A stretch of DNA of 64,000 nt from the human T2T-CHM13v2.0 reference genome, Homo sapiens. Of the stretch, positions 61,642 to 64,000 are shown one piece after another. Below the pieces are notes generated by a model. That model saw nothing but the letters and a program-made list of their open reading frames with translations, did not search any database and was not told the DNA's origin. The DNA lies in assembly GCF_009914755.1 (NCBI RefSeq), contig NC_060930.1. One strand, written 5' to 3'. How positions within the stretch are numbered: position 1 is the first letter of the stretch; each line of letters starts with the position of its first letter. The translations under genes were made by a program, and so were the position numbers.

Positions 61642-64000
61642 TTTTTTTCTTTATTTCTTCTAAAAAACCCCCACAAAAAACAAAAACACGATACATATGC
61701 AGAACATGCAGGTTTGTTACATAGGTATACGTGTGCCATGGTGGTTTGCTGCAGCTATTGACCCATCCTCTAAGTTCCCTCACCTCACCCCCCACCCCAC
61801 AACAAGCCCTGGTGTGTGGTGTTCCCCTCTCTGTGTCCACATGTTCTCAATGTTTAACTCCCACTTATGAGTGAGAATATGTGGTGTTTGGTTTTCTGTT
61901 TCTGTATTAGTTTGCTGAGGATGATGGCTTCCAGCTTCATCCATGTCCCTCAAAATACATGATCTCATTCTTTTTATGGCTGCATAGTATTCCATGGTGT
62001 ATATGTACCACATTTTCTTTATCCAATCTATCATTTATGGGCATTTGGATTGTTTCCATGTCTTTGCTATTGTAAATAGTGCTGCAATAAACATATGTGG
62101 GCATGTGTCTTTAGAGTAGAATGATTTATATTCCTTTGGATATATGCCCAGTAATGGGATTACTGGGTCAAATGGTATTTCTGGTTCTAGATCCTTGAGA
62201 AATTGCCCTACTGTCTTCCACAATAGTTGAACTAATTTACATTCCAGTCAACAGTGTAAAAGCATTCCTATTTCTCCACAGCCTTGCCAGCAATCTATTA
62301 TCTCCTGACATTTTAATAATTGCCATTCTGACTGGCATGAGATGATATCTCATTGTGTCTTTGATTTGCATTTCTCTGATGATCAGTAATGTTGAGATTT
62401 TTTTTCATATGTTTGTTTGCCGCATAAATGTCTTCTTTTGAGAAGTGTCTGTTCTTACTGTTCTTATCCTTTGCCTACTTTTTGATGGGGTTGTTTTGAT
62501 GGGGTTGTTTTTTTCTTGTAAATTTGTTAAAGTTCCTTGTAAATTCTGGATATTAGACCTTTGTCAGATGGGTAGATGGCAAAATTTTCCCTCATTCTGT
62601 AGCTTTACTATTCACTCTGATGATAGTTTCTTTTGCAGTGCAGAAGCACTTTATTTTAATTAAATCCCATTTGTCAATTTTGGCTTTTGTTGCAATAGCT
62701 TTTGAAGTTTTTGTTATGAAGTCTTTGCCCATGCCTATGTCCTGAATGGTACTGCCTAGGTTTTCTTCTAGAGTTTTTATGGTTTGGGGTTTTACCTATA
62801 AGTCTTTAATCCATCTGGAGTTAATTTTTGTATAAGATATAAGGAAGGATCCAGTTTCAGTTTTCTGCATTTGGCTACCCAGTTTTCCCAGCACCATTTA
62901 TTAAATAGGGAATCCTTTCCCCATTGCTTGTTTTTGTCAGGGTTGTCAATCAGATGATGGTAGATGTATGGTGTTATTGCTGAGGTCTCTGTTCTACTCC
63001 ATTGGTCTATATCTGTTTTGGTGCCAGTATCATGCTGTTTTGGTTACTGTAGCCTTGTTGTATAGTTTGAAGTCAGGTAGTGTGATGCCTACAGCTTTGT
63101 TTTCTCTGCTTAAGTTTCTCTTGGCTATACTGGGTCTTCCTTGGTTCCATATGAAATTTATAATAGTTTTTTTCTAATTCTGTGAAGAATGTCAATTAGT
63201 TTTATGGGAATAGTGTTGAATCTATAAATTACTTTGGGCAGTATGGCCAATTTGATGATATTGATTCTTCCTATCCATGAAGATGGAAAGTTTTTCCATT
63301 TGTTTGTATCCTCTCTTATTTCTTTGAACAGTGGTTTGTAGTTCTCCTTGAAGAGTTCCTTCACATCCCTTGTTTGCTGTATTTCTAGGTATTTTATTAT
63401 TTTTGTAATGATTGTGAATGGGAGTTCATTCATGATTTTGATCTCCTCTTGCCTATTGTTGGTGTAAAGGAATGCTTGTGGTTTTTGCACATTGATTTTG
63501 TATCCTGAGACTTTACTGAAGTTGCATCAGTTTAAGGAGTTTGGGGGCTGAGATGATGGGGTTTTCTAAATGTAAAATTATGTCATCTGCAAACAGAGAC
63601 AACTTGACTTCCTCTCTTTTCTGTCTCATTGATCTAATACTGGACAGTGGGTGTTAAAGTCTCCCACTATTATTTTGTGTGAGTTTAAGTCTCTTTGTAC
63701 GCCTCTACGAACTTGTTTTATGAATCTGTGTCCTGCTGTATTGGGTACATACATATTTAGAACAGTTAGCTCTTCTTATTAAATTGTTCCCTTTACTATT
63801 ATTATTAATGTTCTTCTTTGGTTTTTTTGGTCTTTGTTGTTTTAAAGTCTGTTTTGTCAGAGACTAAGATTGCAACCCCTGCTTTTTGTTTTGTTTTGTT
63901 TTCCATTTGCTTGGTAAATTTTCCTCCATCCTTTTAGTTTGAGCCTGTGTGTGTCTTTGCATGTAAGATAGGCCTCCTAAATACAACACACTGATGGGTT
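61642..64000 (-). mobile_element. L1PA8-like LINE-1 with internal ORF2 deletion; continues beyond window
   Basis: 3'UTR ttgacccatcctctaagttccct and ORF2 peptides at 61780-63490. The sequence jumps from RT to EN coding sequence at ~63620. Confidence 0.9.

Overview
AT-rich, repeat-dense human genomic DNA. A consensus-identical AluYa5 fragment at 54.6 kb points to human origin. I recognise no host protein-coding exon, and every ORF with a recognisable product derives from LINE-1 or another transposon, so this looks like a gene desert or long intron. I found no new cellular gene system. The interesting structure lies in the retrotransposon architecture. (1) A twin-primed L1PA3/4 carries an intact 5'UTR in its middle. 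The inversion places antisense ORF0 in frame with an endonuclease-less ORF2, now broken by one stop and two frameshifts. (2) That element sits inside an older U6/L1 chimeric retrocopy. (3) A second, near-full-length 5'-inverted L1 later acquired a ~410-bp templated inverted self-duplication. (4) A third, tiny and much older L1MA is also 5'-inverted. (5) There is a four-layer nest: L2 > ERVL LTR > Ricksha MULE transposon > Alu. (6) One AluS is unusually CpG-rich. Subfamily names come from recalled consensus features and should be confirmed with RepeatMasker/Dfam.
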